Part shown: piece after piece, positions 19,142 through 27,688 of the stretch
How positions within the stretch are numbered: position 1 is the first letter of the stretch
Layout: every line of letters begins with the position of its first letter
Assembly: GCA_022843085.1 (NCBI GenBank)
Contig: JALHOI010000001.1
Span: 1-40,447 of the forward strand
DNA from: Pseudobdellovibrionaceae bacterium
GTDB taxonomy: Bacteria; Bdellovibrionota; Bdellovibrionia; Bdellovibrionales; JAMPXM01
Reading direction: 5' to 3'
DNA length: 40,447 nucleotides
Notes under the pieces: generated by a model
Told to the model about the DNA's origin: nothing
Seen by the model: only the letters and a program-made list of their open reading frames with translations
The model's database searches: none
Program-made: the position numbers and the translations under genes

Positions 19142-20259
19142 CCGTTCCAGATACGTTTCAACAGAAAGAAGCCTGCGATACTGAAAAGAAAGTTGGCAAG
19201 CCACATCGCGAACCAAGGAGGCAGCTGCCCGCTGCGAGCAAGGCTTTCAGAACTGACGTACAAAATCCAATACGTGACGATGATCCCAATAGAAACAACA
19301 GCACCGCCGGCTTTGGCATTTCGGCGATTCGTCACAGTACCAAGCGCAACCCCAATCAAACCAAAAACGAGACAAGCAAGTCCGATCGCAATTCGTTTGT
19401 GAAACTCGGTCTCAAGTTCGATTCGCTTTTCTTTGCTAAGTTCGGGCTCTTGGGGAGCAGCCAGGGTCGTTCTTACTTCTGAGATTGACATGGACTGCGG
19501 AGACTTCGAAGCGGTTGATTCATTGATAGGTTCGAAGAGTTGCAGTTCATTTTCCGAGAAATTGATTTGTGTGTGGCGTGCGCCCTCTGAGCCGGTAGTT
19601 GTGCGATGAATCGTGCCATTTATAAGCTTCAGCGAGGCCGCATGGCCGGGCTTCGCCTCGTCGCGCACGATCACACATTCGCGCGCGATCACGGTTATCG
19701 GAGAATTCGGGTCGCGCTCGTCGTAAATGAAGACGTCGGTCAAAGTTCCCAATTTGTTATCGACCTTGTTGGCGTACACGACGAGATCGAAAAAACCTTC
19801 TGAAAACGTTCCTTCTTTGATTGCGACTCCAGGTTTTGTCGAACCTAGTTTGGTCACGAGAATTTCGAACTGACGGTTGCCCCATGGCGCGATGTGAAAC
19901 GATGTTTGTAGACTCAGCACGCTGACGAGCACGCTCATGATAATTGCCGGCATGGCTATCGAAGTCATGCTAAGCCCCGAGGCCCGAAGTGCAACGATTT
20001 CAGAGTCGGCGCTAAGCCGACCGTAGGTGAGGATCACAGTGAACACGAGACTCATGGGAAAAAGAATCGGCAAAAACGATGTTGAAAGGTAACCCATCAT
20101 CGCAACGACAGTTGAGAGCTTCACCCCATGAATCAGAACAAATTCAGTCAGTCGCAAAGCTTGAAACATGAGAAGAATAAAAACAAAAACACAGACCCCG
20201 AGAAAGAACGTCGGGATCATTTCGGCTAAGACGTAACGGATAAGAAGCTTCGCGCGCAT
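19138..20259 (-). CDS. LptF/LptG-family LPS export permease (YjgP/YjgQ)
   Basis: The ORF is 373 aa. The N-terminus is typical (LIRYVLAEMIPTFFLGVCVFVFILLMFQALRL...LRASGLSM), a periplasmic beta-jellyroll insert follows, and C-terminal TM helices complete it. Its stop overlaps the dprA stop (TTAG). Confidence 0.85.
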   Translation of the reverse strand: MRAKLLIRYVLAEMIPTFFLGVCVFVFILLMFQALRLTEFVLIHGVKLSTVVAMMGYLSTSFLPILFPMSLVFTVILTYGRLSADSEIVALRASGLSMTSIAMPAIIMSVLVSVLSLQTSFHIAPWGNRQFEILVTKLGSTKPGVAIKEGTFSEGFFDLVVYANKVDNKLGTLTDVFIYDERDPNSPITVIARECVIVRDEAKPGHAASLKLINGTIHRTTTGSEGARHTQINFSENELQLFEPINESTASKSPQSMSISEVRTTLAAPQEPELSKEKRIELETEFHKRIAIGLACLVFGLIGVALGTVTNRRNAKAGGAVVSIGIIVTYWILYVSSESLARSGQLPPWFAMWLANFLFSIAGFFLLKRIWNG

Positions 20260-20263
20260 GCGT

Positions 20264-21175
20264 CTACGGGTACTGCATCAGGCCGACGTTTTCGGGGGTC
20301 TTGATGGCCTTTCGGACTGCTTGCGCCATACGAATTAAGGGTTCCCAATAGTTCATATCGAGTTGCGACGCTGCATCACATTTTGCACTCATCGGTGACG
20401 GATGCGATTCGATGAAGAGCGCGTCAGCACCCGCCGCAACGGCGGCCATCGTCAAATGCGGAACAAACCTCGGTTCGCCTCCAGCTGGATCACTTGAAGA
20501 AATACCGTAAAGACGAACGACATGAGTCGCATCAAAGCAGACCGGTGCTCCAAGTTCCTGCATGACGGGAATCGAGCGCATGTCGGCGACCAGGCGATTG
20601 TAGCCAAAGCATGCGCCGCGCTCTGTAAGTAAAACGTTTTTGTTGCCGGTCGAATGCATTTTTGAAACCGCGCCACCCATATTCTCGGGGGCATTGAATT
20701 GGCCTTTTTTGATGTTCACAGGCCGACCTGTTTGCCCGCACTTAATGATCAGCGAAGTCTGTTGACACATGTAAGCTGGAATCTGAAGGACGTCGACGAC
20801 CTCGGCCACCATGTCGACATCTTCGTGACGGTGAATATCAGTCAGCACTGGAATGCCGAATTCTTTGCGAACGTCGGCAAGAATTTTTAATCCTTCGTTG
20901 GCCAGCGGGCCTGACCAGTTTTTTTCTGAGCCACGATTATCTTTCTCGTAAGAGCTTTTAAAAATTAGCGGCATTCCTGTCTTTTGCGAAAGTTCACTTA
21001 AACGCTTAGCCGCCGACATTATCATTTCTCGGCTGTCGATCACACACGGGCCTGAAATGATCGCAAGGTCGTGGCCTTTGCCAATGTGAATTTTTGTGCG
21101 GCCACCGTCGACTGTGAATTCACGTGCGGGTAGAGTGGTCGTTTCGGTGCGAATCATGTTCTTTGTGTCGGCCAT
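20264..21175 (-). CDS. kdsA: 3-deoxy-8-phosphooctulonate synthase (KDO8P synthase), Cys-type (metal-dependent class)
   Basis: KdsA motifs are present: ISGPCVIDS, FKSSYEKDNRGS, QIPAYMCQQTSL, NIKKGQF, TERGACFGYNRLV, FDATHVV and LFIESHP. Confidence 0.93.
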   Translation of the reverse strand: MADTKNMIRTETTTLPAREFTVDGGRTKIHIGKGHDLAIISGPCVIDSREMIMSAAKRLSELSQKTGMPLIFKSSYEKDNRGSEKNWSGPLANEGLKILADVRKEFGIPVLTDIHRHEDVDMVAEVVDVLQIPAYMCQQTSLIIKCGQTGRPVNIKKGQFNAPENMGGAVSKMHSTGNKNVLLTERGACFGYNRLVADMRSIPVMQELGAPVCFDATHVVRLYGISSSDPAGGEPRFVPHLTMAAVAAGADALFIESHPSPMSAKCDAASQLDMNYWEPLIRMAQAVRKAIKTPENVGLMQYP

Positions 21176-21206
21176 TTTGGCTCCTTCATTTTCGAATTCA
21201 AGAATT

Positions 21207-22205
21207 CTATTTTTGAATCAGTTTGTACGGACGATACTCACCGATTCGATACCCCGTGAACCGTTCAAGCACGTCGCTCGCCCAAAGGTTGACGTCTTTC
21301 AACGTCCAATCTGACAGAGCCCGGCGAGGATCAAAGCTCCAATCCTGCGACTGTACCAGGGCTTTCATAACGGCGGGATGCGAGCCGCGAAAGTTCTGAA
21401 GTCCATACTGTCTAGCATACTCAAAACTTTCGAATTCGTGATCTCTTTTGTTGCCGTGCCACCAACGGTTTAAGAGTTTGCTTTTTTGCCCCATCATTTT
21501 CGGAGGCTTAACCCAACCGTAATGAAAAATCCTTGCCTCAGTTCGCGCGACGTTCGGCTTCGTCAAGCCGGCGACACCGGGAACTCGAAACCCTTGCGCA
21601 TCAGCGTGGCTTTGAATTCCTGAACTGCGGCGCACGACGCGCACTTCGTTTCGATACCATCGACGCGATTTCGCAATAGTTTGGTAGCTTCCATAGAAGT
21701 GAATGTAATGAAACAGCAAACCTTGAATCTCAGGTCGCCCATCGGCCATCGAAATAGCGGTCTCAATGGTCGATAAATCTTCTTCGTGAACCACTTCGTC
21801 GGCTTGAATGTAGAAGCACCAGTCATTCTGGCAAAGTGCCAGCGCTTCATTGGTTTTTTCACTCAGAATCAAGCCGCCTTTGGTTTTTTGGGTATCCCAA
21901 ATGGTGTTGACGACCCGAATTTTCGAACTGTTCAGGCTCGCGATCATCTCGTTTGTATCGTCTTCGCTCTGACCCAGACCCACGACGAACTCATCAACCA
22001 AGGGCAGCACGCTTTTAATGCTCTCAAGAACCGGATAGCCCATCAGGCGAGCATTTCGAATGACGGTGAAACCGCTGATTTTGGGTTTCGTGATTTCATC
22101 TAAAACTTCAGTGATCATGACGGCTTTCGTTCTAGCGCCGTCGGTCAGGTGAAGCAAGGCGTTAGGGGTAATAGGTTGACGGTTTGGCTGGGTATTTTCG
22201 ACCAT
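21207..22205 (-). CDS. Glycosyltransferase family 2-like protein
   Basis: The sequence KISGFTVIRNARLMGYPVLESIKSVLPLVDEFVVGLGQSEDDT...CFYIQADEVVHEED resembles GT-A/GT2 enzymes and sits in an LPS-gene context. The start may instead be the Met at 22118 (MITEVLDEITKPKISGF). Confidence 0.5.
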   Translation of the reverse strand: MVENTQPNRQPITPNALLHLTDGARTKAVMITEVLDEITKPKISGFTVIRNARLMGYPVLESIKSVLPLVDEFVVGLGQSEDDTNEMIASLNSSKIRVVNTIWDTQKTKGGLILSEKTNEALALCQNDWCFYIQADEVVHEEDLSTIETAISMADGRPEIQGLLFHYIHFYGSYQTIAKSRRWYRNEVRVVRRSSGIQSHADAQGFRVPGVAGLTKPNVARTEARIFHYGWVKPPKMMGQKSKLLNRWWHGNKRDHEFESFEYARQYGLQNFRGSHPAVMKALVQSQDWSFDPRRALSDWTLKDVNLWASDVLERFTGYRIGEYRPYKLIQK

Positions 22206-22210
22206 AAGAC

Positions 22211-23053
22211 GTGCGGCGGATCATGCTTGTCATCGATGATTTTAATGAACTTGTTGGCCTAGAAACTTTGTTTCGCCGGCTCGGCTTCGACGTTTTAAGT
22301 TTGGGACGCGAATCGCTGGTGGCTGAGGCCGTGTTGGGATTTCCGCCCGATCTGGCGGTCGCGACAGGCCTAGGGCGCCACGTCAACGGGTTGTCGCTTG
22401 CGCCAAAACTTCGCTACGGCACGTCGCAGCCTAAGCTTGTTGTACTTTTGCCGTACCGAGATCCGGAAGAGGGAAGTCGTCCCGAGCTTCGAGATGCCGA
22501 GATCGACGCTGTGATTGAAACGCCGTTCGATCCACGCGTAGCGCTTCGAGTAGTCGCACAGCTTTTATCTTTAGACGCTGATCCGATTCTTGAAAAATAC
22601 GCGAAGATCGTCTCTGCGAGATTGTTTGAGCCGCTTGAACTTAAAATCATAAAACACCACGTCGAACCGCTTCCGCTTATTCACGTCACATCGAGCGAAG
22701 GATTTCGTCGGCCCTTCGGGTCAGAAGGCGCCGGTGAATCAAATGAAGTTCTCGAAACCAAGCGACCCGAATCGGCACGTGAGGCGCGTTACGCGAAATT
22801 TTTAGACGACAAAGCCGAAGAAGAACTGCCGCCTATGGCAAGTGGCGAATTTTTGAAAGAGGCCCAGAAAAAACAAGAAGCGGCCGAGGCGACATCGATT
22901 GAAGAAATTCAAAAGGCGGCGAAACTTGCTCGCGAGAAAAGGGAATTTGTTCGCGCCATGATTGAGGCGGCCGAACCCGAACCGACCGGCGAGGCGGCGC
23001 GAAGTCTTACCGATTCGACGCAAGGTTTAGCGTCAGGTCCGAAAAAGAAGTAG
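22211..23053 (+). CDS. Degenerate (pseudo-)receiver domain protein with charged C-terminal tail
   Basis: The N-terminus, IMLVIDDFNELVGLETLFRRLGFDV...PPDLAVATGLG...VIETPFDP, aligns to a CheY-like receiver. However, Thr replaces the phospho-acceptor Asp (DLAVAT versus DLVLLD) and Thr replaces the conserved Lys (ETPF versus KPF). The start is either the GTG at 22211 or the ATG at 22223. Confidence 0.55.
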   Translation: MRRIMLVIDDFNELVGLETLFRRLGFDVLSLGRESLVAEAVLGFPPDLAVATGLGRHVNGLSLAPKLRYGTSQPKLVVLLPYRDPEEGSRPELRDAEIDAVIETPFDPRVALRVVAQLLSLDADPILEKYAKIVSARLFEPLELKIIKHHVEPLPLIHVTSSEGFRRPFGSEGAGESNEVLETKRPESAREARYAKFLDDKAEEELPPMASGEFLKEAQKKQEAAEATSIEEIQKAAKLAREKREFVRAMIEAAEPEPTGEAARSLTDSTQGLASGPKKK

Positions 23054-23082
23054 TTTTTGAGCGCGAATTTGAGCTCGGAACT

Positions 23083-25023
23083 CTAGCGACGTTTTTTTCC
23101 GCCGAGCAGCGCGCCCAGCACGTCTTTCAAATCACCTTTTAAGAGATCGACGGGCTTCTCAGCGCGCCCTGCTTGCAAGCTCAGTACGTTCAATTCACGT
23201 TTTGCATCGACAAAGTTCGGTTCGATTCCTAAAGATTGGTCGAGAGACCGACGAGCTCCATCGAATTCACCGGCAGCTTTCAATACGAGACCCTTCACAA
23301 AGAAATAGACCGCGTTATGCCGATCTTCAGGAGGTACGCTTGAAAGTTGATCTTTAAGCTTTGAAACAAGCTCCATGTCTTTGTCGGCACCCGAACTTTT
23401 AATCTGAGCCCACATCAGGAGAAGCCTCAGATCTGTTGTCATCGGTACATGTAAAACAGCGTCTTCAAGCATTTCCTTGGCGCGCCTAATGTCTCCCTTG
23501 GCCAGGCAAAGTCGGGCTTGCTCCATCATCTGTTCTGCTTCAATAATTTTCTCAGCGCGGCCTTGTTCAAGCTCAAGCAAATAGTTGTCGCGAGACGCCT
23601 GTGTGCTCAATACTTCGTGGGCTTCTTGAATCATGTTAAAGCATTTTCGTGCTAAATCACGGATGTCGATTGGTGAATCTTTTGGAAGCCGATCGGGGTG
23701 AATCGTCTTCGCCAATTCGTGATAGGCCCTTTTGATTTCGATCTCTTTCGCTTTCGGTGAAACGCCCATACGTTCGAAAAAGTTTTGTCGCTCGAGATCC
23801 TTCTCGAGTTTTCTTAGTCGTTTTCGTTGAACCTGCATGTCGGTTGTTTTGATCTCATCGCCAAATCGAATACACCCGCCGAGAACCAAGTTGTGAAAGG
23901 CTGGAAAAAACTCGCCATCTGTAAGGCCCGTTTCCATCTGCATGGCTTCAAGAGTGGTACCCTTTGAAATGAGCGGAATCATTTTCGAAGCGCGCAAAAC
24001 GGCTGGGCCCGACATCGTGCGATTACTTTCACTAAAGTCAGTGCCTAGAATTACTTGGTTGCGAATCCACGGTGTGTAGAACGTCTTGATCCAGTCGCTT
24101 GGAAATTTTGAAGTGACCCAATCGTTGAAGATATCGTTCAACATATGGATGTCGATCGAAGCTTCCTCGCGAAGGTCATCGGTTTCTGTGAATGAAATGT
24201 GTACGCTGGTGTTGCCGACTATTTTGCCGAGGCGAATGCCCTGTTGTTCGGCCATGACGATCGAAATTGCGTGCGGCGAAAGTAAGTTCGCATCGACCAA
24301 TCTCTCGCCCAGCTTTTTTGCGCTTGATGTCAGCTCCATGGCGGCGTCGAGCTCTTCTTGCTCGATGAAGCCATGTTCGACCAGCAAGACACCGAAGTAG
24401 GACTTCTGGTCGCGGTTTGTGACCTGAATGATCTCACCATTTTTGAAGCCGACCGATGAAGGGTCACCGTCGGCACTGATGATATTGAGTAGCCCCGAAA
24501 TTCGCGGATGCATCAGCGTCGCGAAGACCCAAGGAAGTTCGAATCCGTGAAGAGTTTCGCTCTTGTTAACAGCGTCAAGTCGCTCGACAGGAGTCGATTG
24601 TGTCGTCGTCATCAGGCTAACGACGGGTGAGACGGGAATATCAATCAAATGGCCGACGGCTTCGTTCACTTGGCGAATAAGTTCGGGTAGTTCGAAGGGC
24701 TTCGTCAAAAAGCTTTTTGCGCCAGTTTTAGCTAGAGAATCGCGGATAAAGTTTTTGTCGCGAAAAATTCCTGACATCAACATACGCTGGCAACCGGCCG
24801 CTTCTTCTTCGAATTTAACTGCGAGATCGCGACCATTCATCTTGGGCAGCATGCAGTCGATGATCGCAAGTGAAACGGCGTGAACTTTCAGCTGGGCTAA
24901 AGCGTCATCGGGTTTCGTCACGTGAATGGCATTATAACCTTCGCGCGATAAAGCTTCGCGCAAAGTCGCGCCAAAGGTAGCGTCGTCGTCGACGATGAGA
25001 ATTCGAATCTCGTTCTTTAGCAT
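23083..25023 (-). CDS. Multidomain response regulator: REC, DUF4388-like, MshEN/T2SSE_N-like, J-domain (HPD), C-terminal TPR
   Basis: The ORF is 646 aa. The REC domain has intact D12/D13, D56 (AIIDCMLP), S84 and K108 (TKPF). Residues 160-205 (GFELPWVFATLMHPRISGLLNIIS...VGFKNGEIIQV) are DUF4388-like. Residues 209-260 (YFGVLLVEHGFIEQEELDAAMELT-SSAK-KLGERLVDANLLSPHAISIVMAEQ) resemble the tandem 24-residue MshEN motif. Residues 415-482 form a J-domain (KRAYHELAKTIHPDRLP...EAHEVLS). TPR-like helices follow to the C-terminus. Confidence 0.75.
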   Translation of the reverse strand: MLKNEIRILIVDDDATFGATLREALSREGYNAIHVTKPDDALAQLKVHAVSLAIIDCMLPKMNGRDLAVKFEEEAAGCQRMLMSGIFRDKNFIRDSLAKTGAKSFLTKPFELPELIRQVNEAVGHLIDIPVSPVVSLMTTTQSTPVERLDAVNKSETLHGFELPWVFATLMHPRISGLLNIISADGDPSSVGFKNGEIIQVTNRDQKSYFGVLLVEHGFIEQEELDAAMELTSSAKKLGERLVDANLLSPHAISIVMAEQQGIRLGKIVGNTSVHISFTETDDLREEASIDIHMLNDIFNDWVTSKFPSDWIKTFYTPWIRNQVILGTDFSESNRTMSGPAVLRASKMIPLISKGTTLEAMQMETGLTDGEFFPAFHNLVLGGCIRFGDEIKTTDMQVQRKRLRKLEKDLERQNFFERMGVSPKAKEIEIKRAYHELAKTIHPDRLPKDSPIDIRDLARKCFNMIQEAHEVLSTQASRDNYLLELEQGRAEKIIEAEQMMEQARLCLAKGDIRRAKEMLEDAVLHVPMTTDLRLLLMWAQIKSSGADKDMELVSKLKDQLSSVPPEDRHNAVYFFVKGLVLKAAGEFDGARRSLDQSLGIEPNFVDAKRELNVLSLQAGRAEKPVDLLKGDLKDVLGALLGGKKRR

Positions 25024-25147
25024 GTGGACCTATCGGCCTTAGGGGTGGAGTGAATGACGATTTTTGGGGTAAACTGGGCGCAGGTCAGGTCGAGTTCACG
25101 CCGAGATAAACGCCGTGCGGCAATTGGATCAACTTGAGACACGCCGT

Positions 25148-25176
25148 TTGAACGCGACTCGCGATTTCGCTATAAG
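25148..25176 (+). promoter_or_regulatory. Candidate sigma70-type promoter for trxA
   Basis: TTGAAC (25148-25153), a 17-nt spacer and TATAAG (25171-25176) lie about 45 nt upstream of the trxA ATG. An AAGGAG Shine-Dalgarno sequence is present at 25207-25212. Confidence 0.4.
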
Positions 25177-25219
25177 AGAGTAGTCTAGTTAAGAGTGGTC
25201 TTATCGAAGGAGCAAATTC

Positions 25220-25546
25220 ATGGGTGCCAACACGACATCAACTTCTGATAGCGGTTTTGAGGCGGATGTTCTTCAGTCGAATGTTCCCGTTCTTGTCGAT
25301 TTCTGGGCTGAATGGTGCGGTCCGTGCAAGTCGCTTGCGCCAAAACTCGAAGAAATCGCCGGCGAAATGGGCTCGAAAGTGAAAATCGTAAAACTCGACA
25401 TCGATTCGAATCGCGAGATCACCGAAAAATTCGGGGTTCGCGGAATTCCAACGCTGATCCTTTTCAAAGGCGGCCAGCAGGTCAATCACATGGTCGGCAA
25501 TCGTTCGAAAGAAGAGATCGTCAATTTTATAAGTTCTGCCCTCTAA
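25220..25546 (+). CDS. trxA: Thioredoxin
   Basis: The ORF is 108 aa. It has the WAEWCGPCK active site and the GIRGIPTLILFKGG motif. Confidence 0.96.
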   Translation: MGANTTSTSDSGFEADVLQSNVPVLVDFWAEWCGPCKSLAPKLEEIAGEMGSKVKIVKLDIDSNREITEKFGVRGIPTLILFKGGQQVNHMVGNRSKEEIVNFISSAL

Positions 25547-25600
25547 ACGTGCCAGGCTCGATTCCTCGTCGCGCCGCCTAAGCAAAAGGCTGCTTAAAAT

Positions 25601-25627
25601 GAACTCCTCTGCGGGGTTCTTTTTTTT
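25601..25627 (+). terminator. Rho-independent terminator of trxA
   Basis: The stem pairs GAACTCC with GGGGTTC (one G-U pair), the loop is TCTGC, and a T8 run follows. Confidence 0.75.
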
Positions 25628-25643
25628 GACTCGTCGTCAAACT

Positions 25644-26963
25644 TTAGGTTTGGAACACGCCCGGAATAATTTGGGAGTCGTGGGGTAAAATTCTTGAGAA
25701 CTCAGTTCCAAAACTGCGAGCAACGGTCGCCCAAAGGTCGGCAGGGCGGATCAGATTGACGTTCGCCGGAAGCTTAATAATTTTCCCGTTTTGCATCGCG
25801 CGCAGAGCATTCAATTCTGAAACACGCCCTGATTGGTAGTTGATAAAGCTGCCGGCCCAAAGAGAGAGCGGGATTTTGTTCGTGCGCACATAGAGTTGGT
25901 GGTCTCCGACAGTCGAGCCGCCGATCACCCCGCGGCCAAATAGCGCGACAGCATTGTCTGAATAGTTGTGGTCCTTGCCGTCATTCGCGTTCTTTCCAGG
26001 ACTGCGGTTAAATTCGGTCACGACCACGACAAGCGTCTTGTCGATCAGATTCGTGTCGACGAGGCCTTTTAGGAACGCCGCGATGCGATCCCATCGCAGC
26101 TTTTGATATTCTTTGTGCATCGAGTGTCCGCCGTGGGTGTCGAGATTTTTTGCCTCGTCGATCAAGTCAATCTGTACGACACGAGAAAGACCCGCGGCGA
26201 GGCTTGCCAGCGCGACGGTTTCGTCTTGTGGCTGGTCAGATCCGCTCGAATAACTTTTTAAAACCTCGGCGAATCTTAAAAGTTTCGATTTTTGTTTCAG
26301 CAAATCGAGGTACCGGTTCACCGCAAGACTTGAATCTTGATACAGATCCAGCGAGCTCGAAGTTTCGAATTTTTCCATATCGCCCAATTCTTTTAACGCT
26401 TGCGTAAGAATGGTGGGGAAGGGTGGTACGACTCCTCTTTGGATCGCTGTGTTCGTGACGACGAAGTGTTCACGCGAAGAATATTTTTCTCCAAAATAGC
26501 CCGCGAGGTGCGGTGCAGATTCTTGTGTGCGACCACTTGAAATGTGCTGAATGGCAGCCGGATGGCCCAGATCGCTTGCGCCCATGTACAACCCACGTAC
26601 GACAGCCATCTTCTTTACGAACGGTGCTAAACTTGAAGCTGCAGGACCCAGCGAAATCTGCGTGCCGGCGATATTTCGTTCAACGTCAACCCGAGCGTCA
26701 TAGCCCAACCACAAATCCTCTTCACTCATCTTAGGTTTGCCGTCGAGCCACGGGTGAATTCCTTGAACCGAATCCATGCCGCCGATCGCCCGAAACAGCA
26801 CGAAATTGAAATCGGTTTCTTTTTTCTGATTTACGACCTGAGCGAAGGCTCGGGCCGTAATTGCGGAAAGCCCAATAGAGGCCGAAATCAGGTGAGGCAC
26901 GTGCAGACCGACAGCCGTTTGTGCTGTCTTCTTCATAAAATTTCGACGCGACGTTTTTAGCAT
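25644..26963 (-). CDS. DUF1501-family (sulfatase-fold-like) protein with twin-arginine signal
   Basis: It has a Tat signal (MLKTSRRNFMKKTAQTAVGL...ARAFA). DUF1501-like motifs are present: AIGGMDSVQG, NLDTHGGH, VVVTEFNRSPGKN and GKDHNYSDN. Confidence 0.75.
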   Translation of the reverse strand: MLKTSRRNFMKKTAQTAVGLHVPHLISASIGLSAITARAFAQVVNQKKETDFNFVLFRAIGGMDSVQGIHPWLDGKPKMSEEDLWLGYDARVDVERNIAGTQISLGPAASSLAPFVKKMAVVRGLYMGASDLGHPAAIQHISSGRTQESAPHLAGYFGEKYSSREHFVVTNTAIQRGVVPPFPTILTQALKELGDMEKFETSSSLDLYQDSSLAVNRYLDLLKQKSKLLRFAEVLKSYSSGSDQPQDETVALASLAAGLSRVVQIDLIDEAKNLDTHGGHSMHKEYQKLRWDRIAAFLKGLVDTNLIDKTLVVVVTEFNRSPGKNANDGKDHNYSDNAVALFGRGVIGGSTVGDHQLYVRTNKIPLSLWAGSFINYQSGRVSELNALRAMQNGKIIKLPANVNLIRPADLWATVARSFGTEFSRILPHDSQIIPGVFQT

Positions 26964-26971
26964 GATGCCTT

Positions 26972-27688
26972 TTAGTTTTTGAGCACAGGCCCAAGGTGAA
27001 GAAGTACGCTAAGCCTCGTATAAAACCCGAGTACGGAATCTTGCCCAGGTCGCGAACCTTTCGCCAGGTTTTCAAGTATGAACTGGCGTAGGTCGCCCGC
27101 TGATTCAAGGTGTCGGCCAAAAACATTTTTATCGCCGATGTAGCGGTGGTGGAAAAGAACCTCTTCACCGCCGATCACAAAAAAAACAATTTGATCGACG
27201 AGCTCGATTTGTAAACCCGCTGGCAAATTTCCGAAGGGCTGGGCCCAAGCTCGCGAGACCTCGTTTTGACCAGTGGCCGCCAGAAGCTTTCGCGCCAGTG
27301 ATGTTTCGAGAATCGCAACAGAGTTTTGAGACGCAAGATCTTCGTTTTCAAATCCCAGCTTGATCATCGTTTTTGCGCAATTTTCAAAATAGTTAAAAAA
27401 GAGAGCGCCCGGAGTTTGCTCGAGCGGTTGTAATTGACCAGGATCAATTGCTCCCAACACCGCGGCTGAAGCTTCATCAATTCGGAGGCAGGAATTTGAA
27501 AGACCGGTCGCAGATTGAAACGGTGCAAGACTTCGTAAGAGTTCGATGACCACAAGCGGTGCCGGAAATCGAGATACAGATTCTTCGAACGCCACCTTTT
27601 GGAAAGACCGACGAGCTTCTGAGTTCGCCATCTCAAAAGTCAGCATCATCAAAACCCCAGCAAACACATTTAAGCTTACTCGCGGCAT
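26972..27688 (-). CDS. Hypothetical exported protein (operon member)
   Basis: The likely start is the Met at 27688 (MPRVSLNVFAGVLMMLTFEMANSEA, signal-like), which overlaps the upstream gene by 13 nt. I recognised no family. Confidence 0.5.
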   Translation of the reverse strand: MPRVSLNVFAGVLMMLTFEMANSEARRSFQKVAFEESVSRFPAPLVVIELLRSLAPFQSATGLSNSCLRIDEASAAVLGAIDPGQLQPLEQTPGALFFNYFENCAKTMIKLGFENEDLASQNSVAILETSLARKLLAATGQNEVSRAWAQPFGNLPAGLQIELVDQIVFFVIGGEEVLFHHRYIGDKNVFGRHLESAGDLRQFILENLAKGSRPGQDSVLGFYTRLSVLLHLGPVLKN

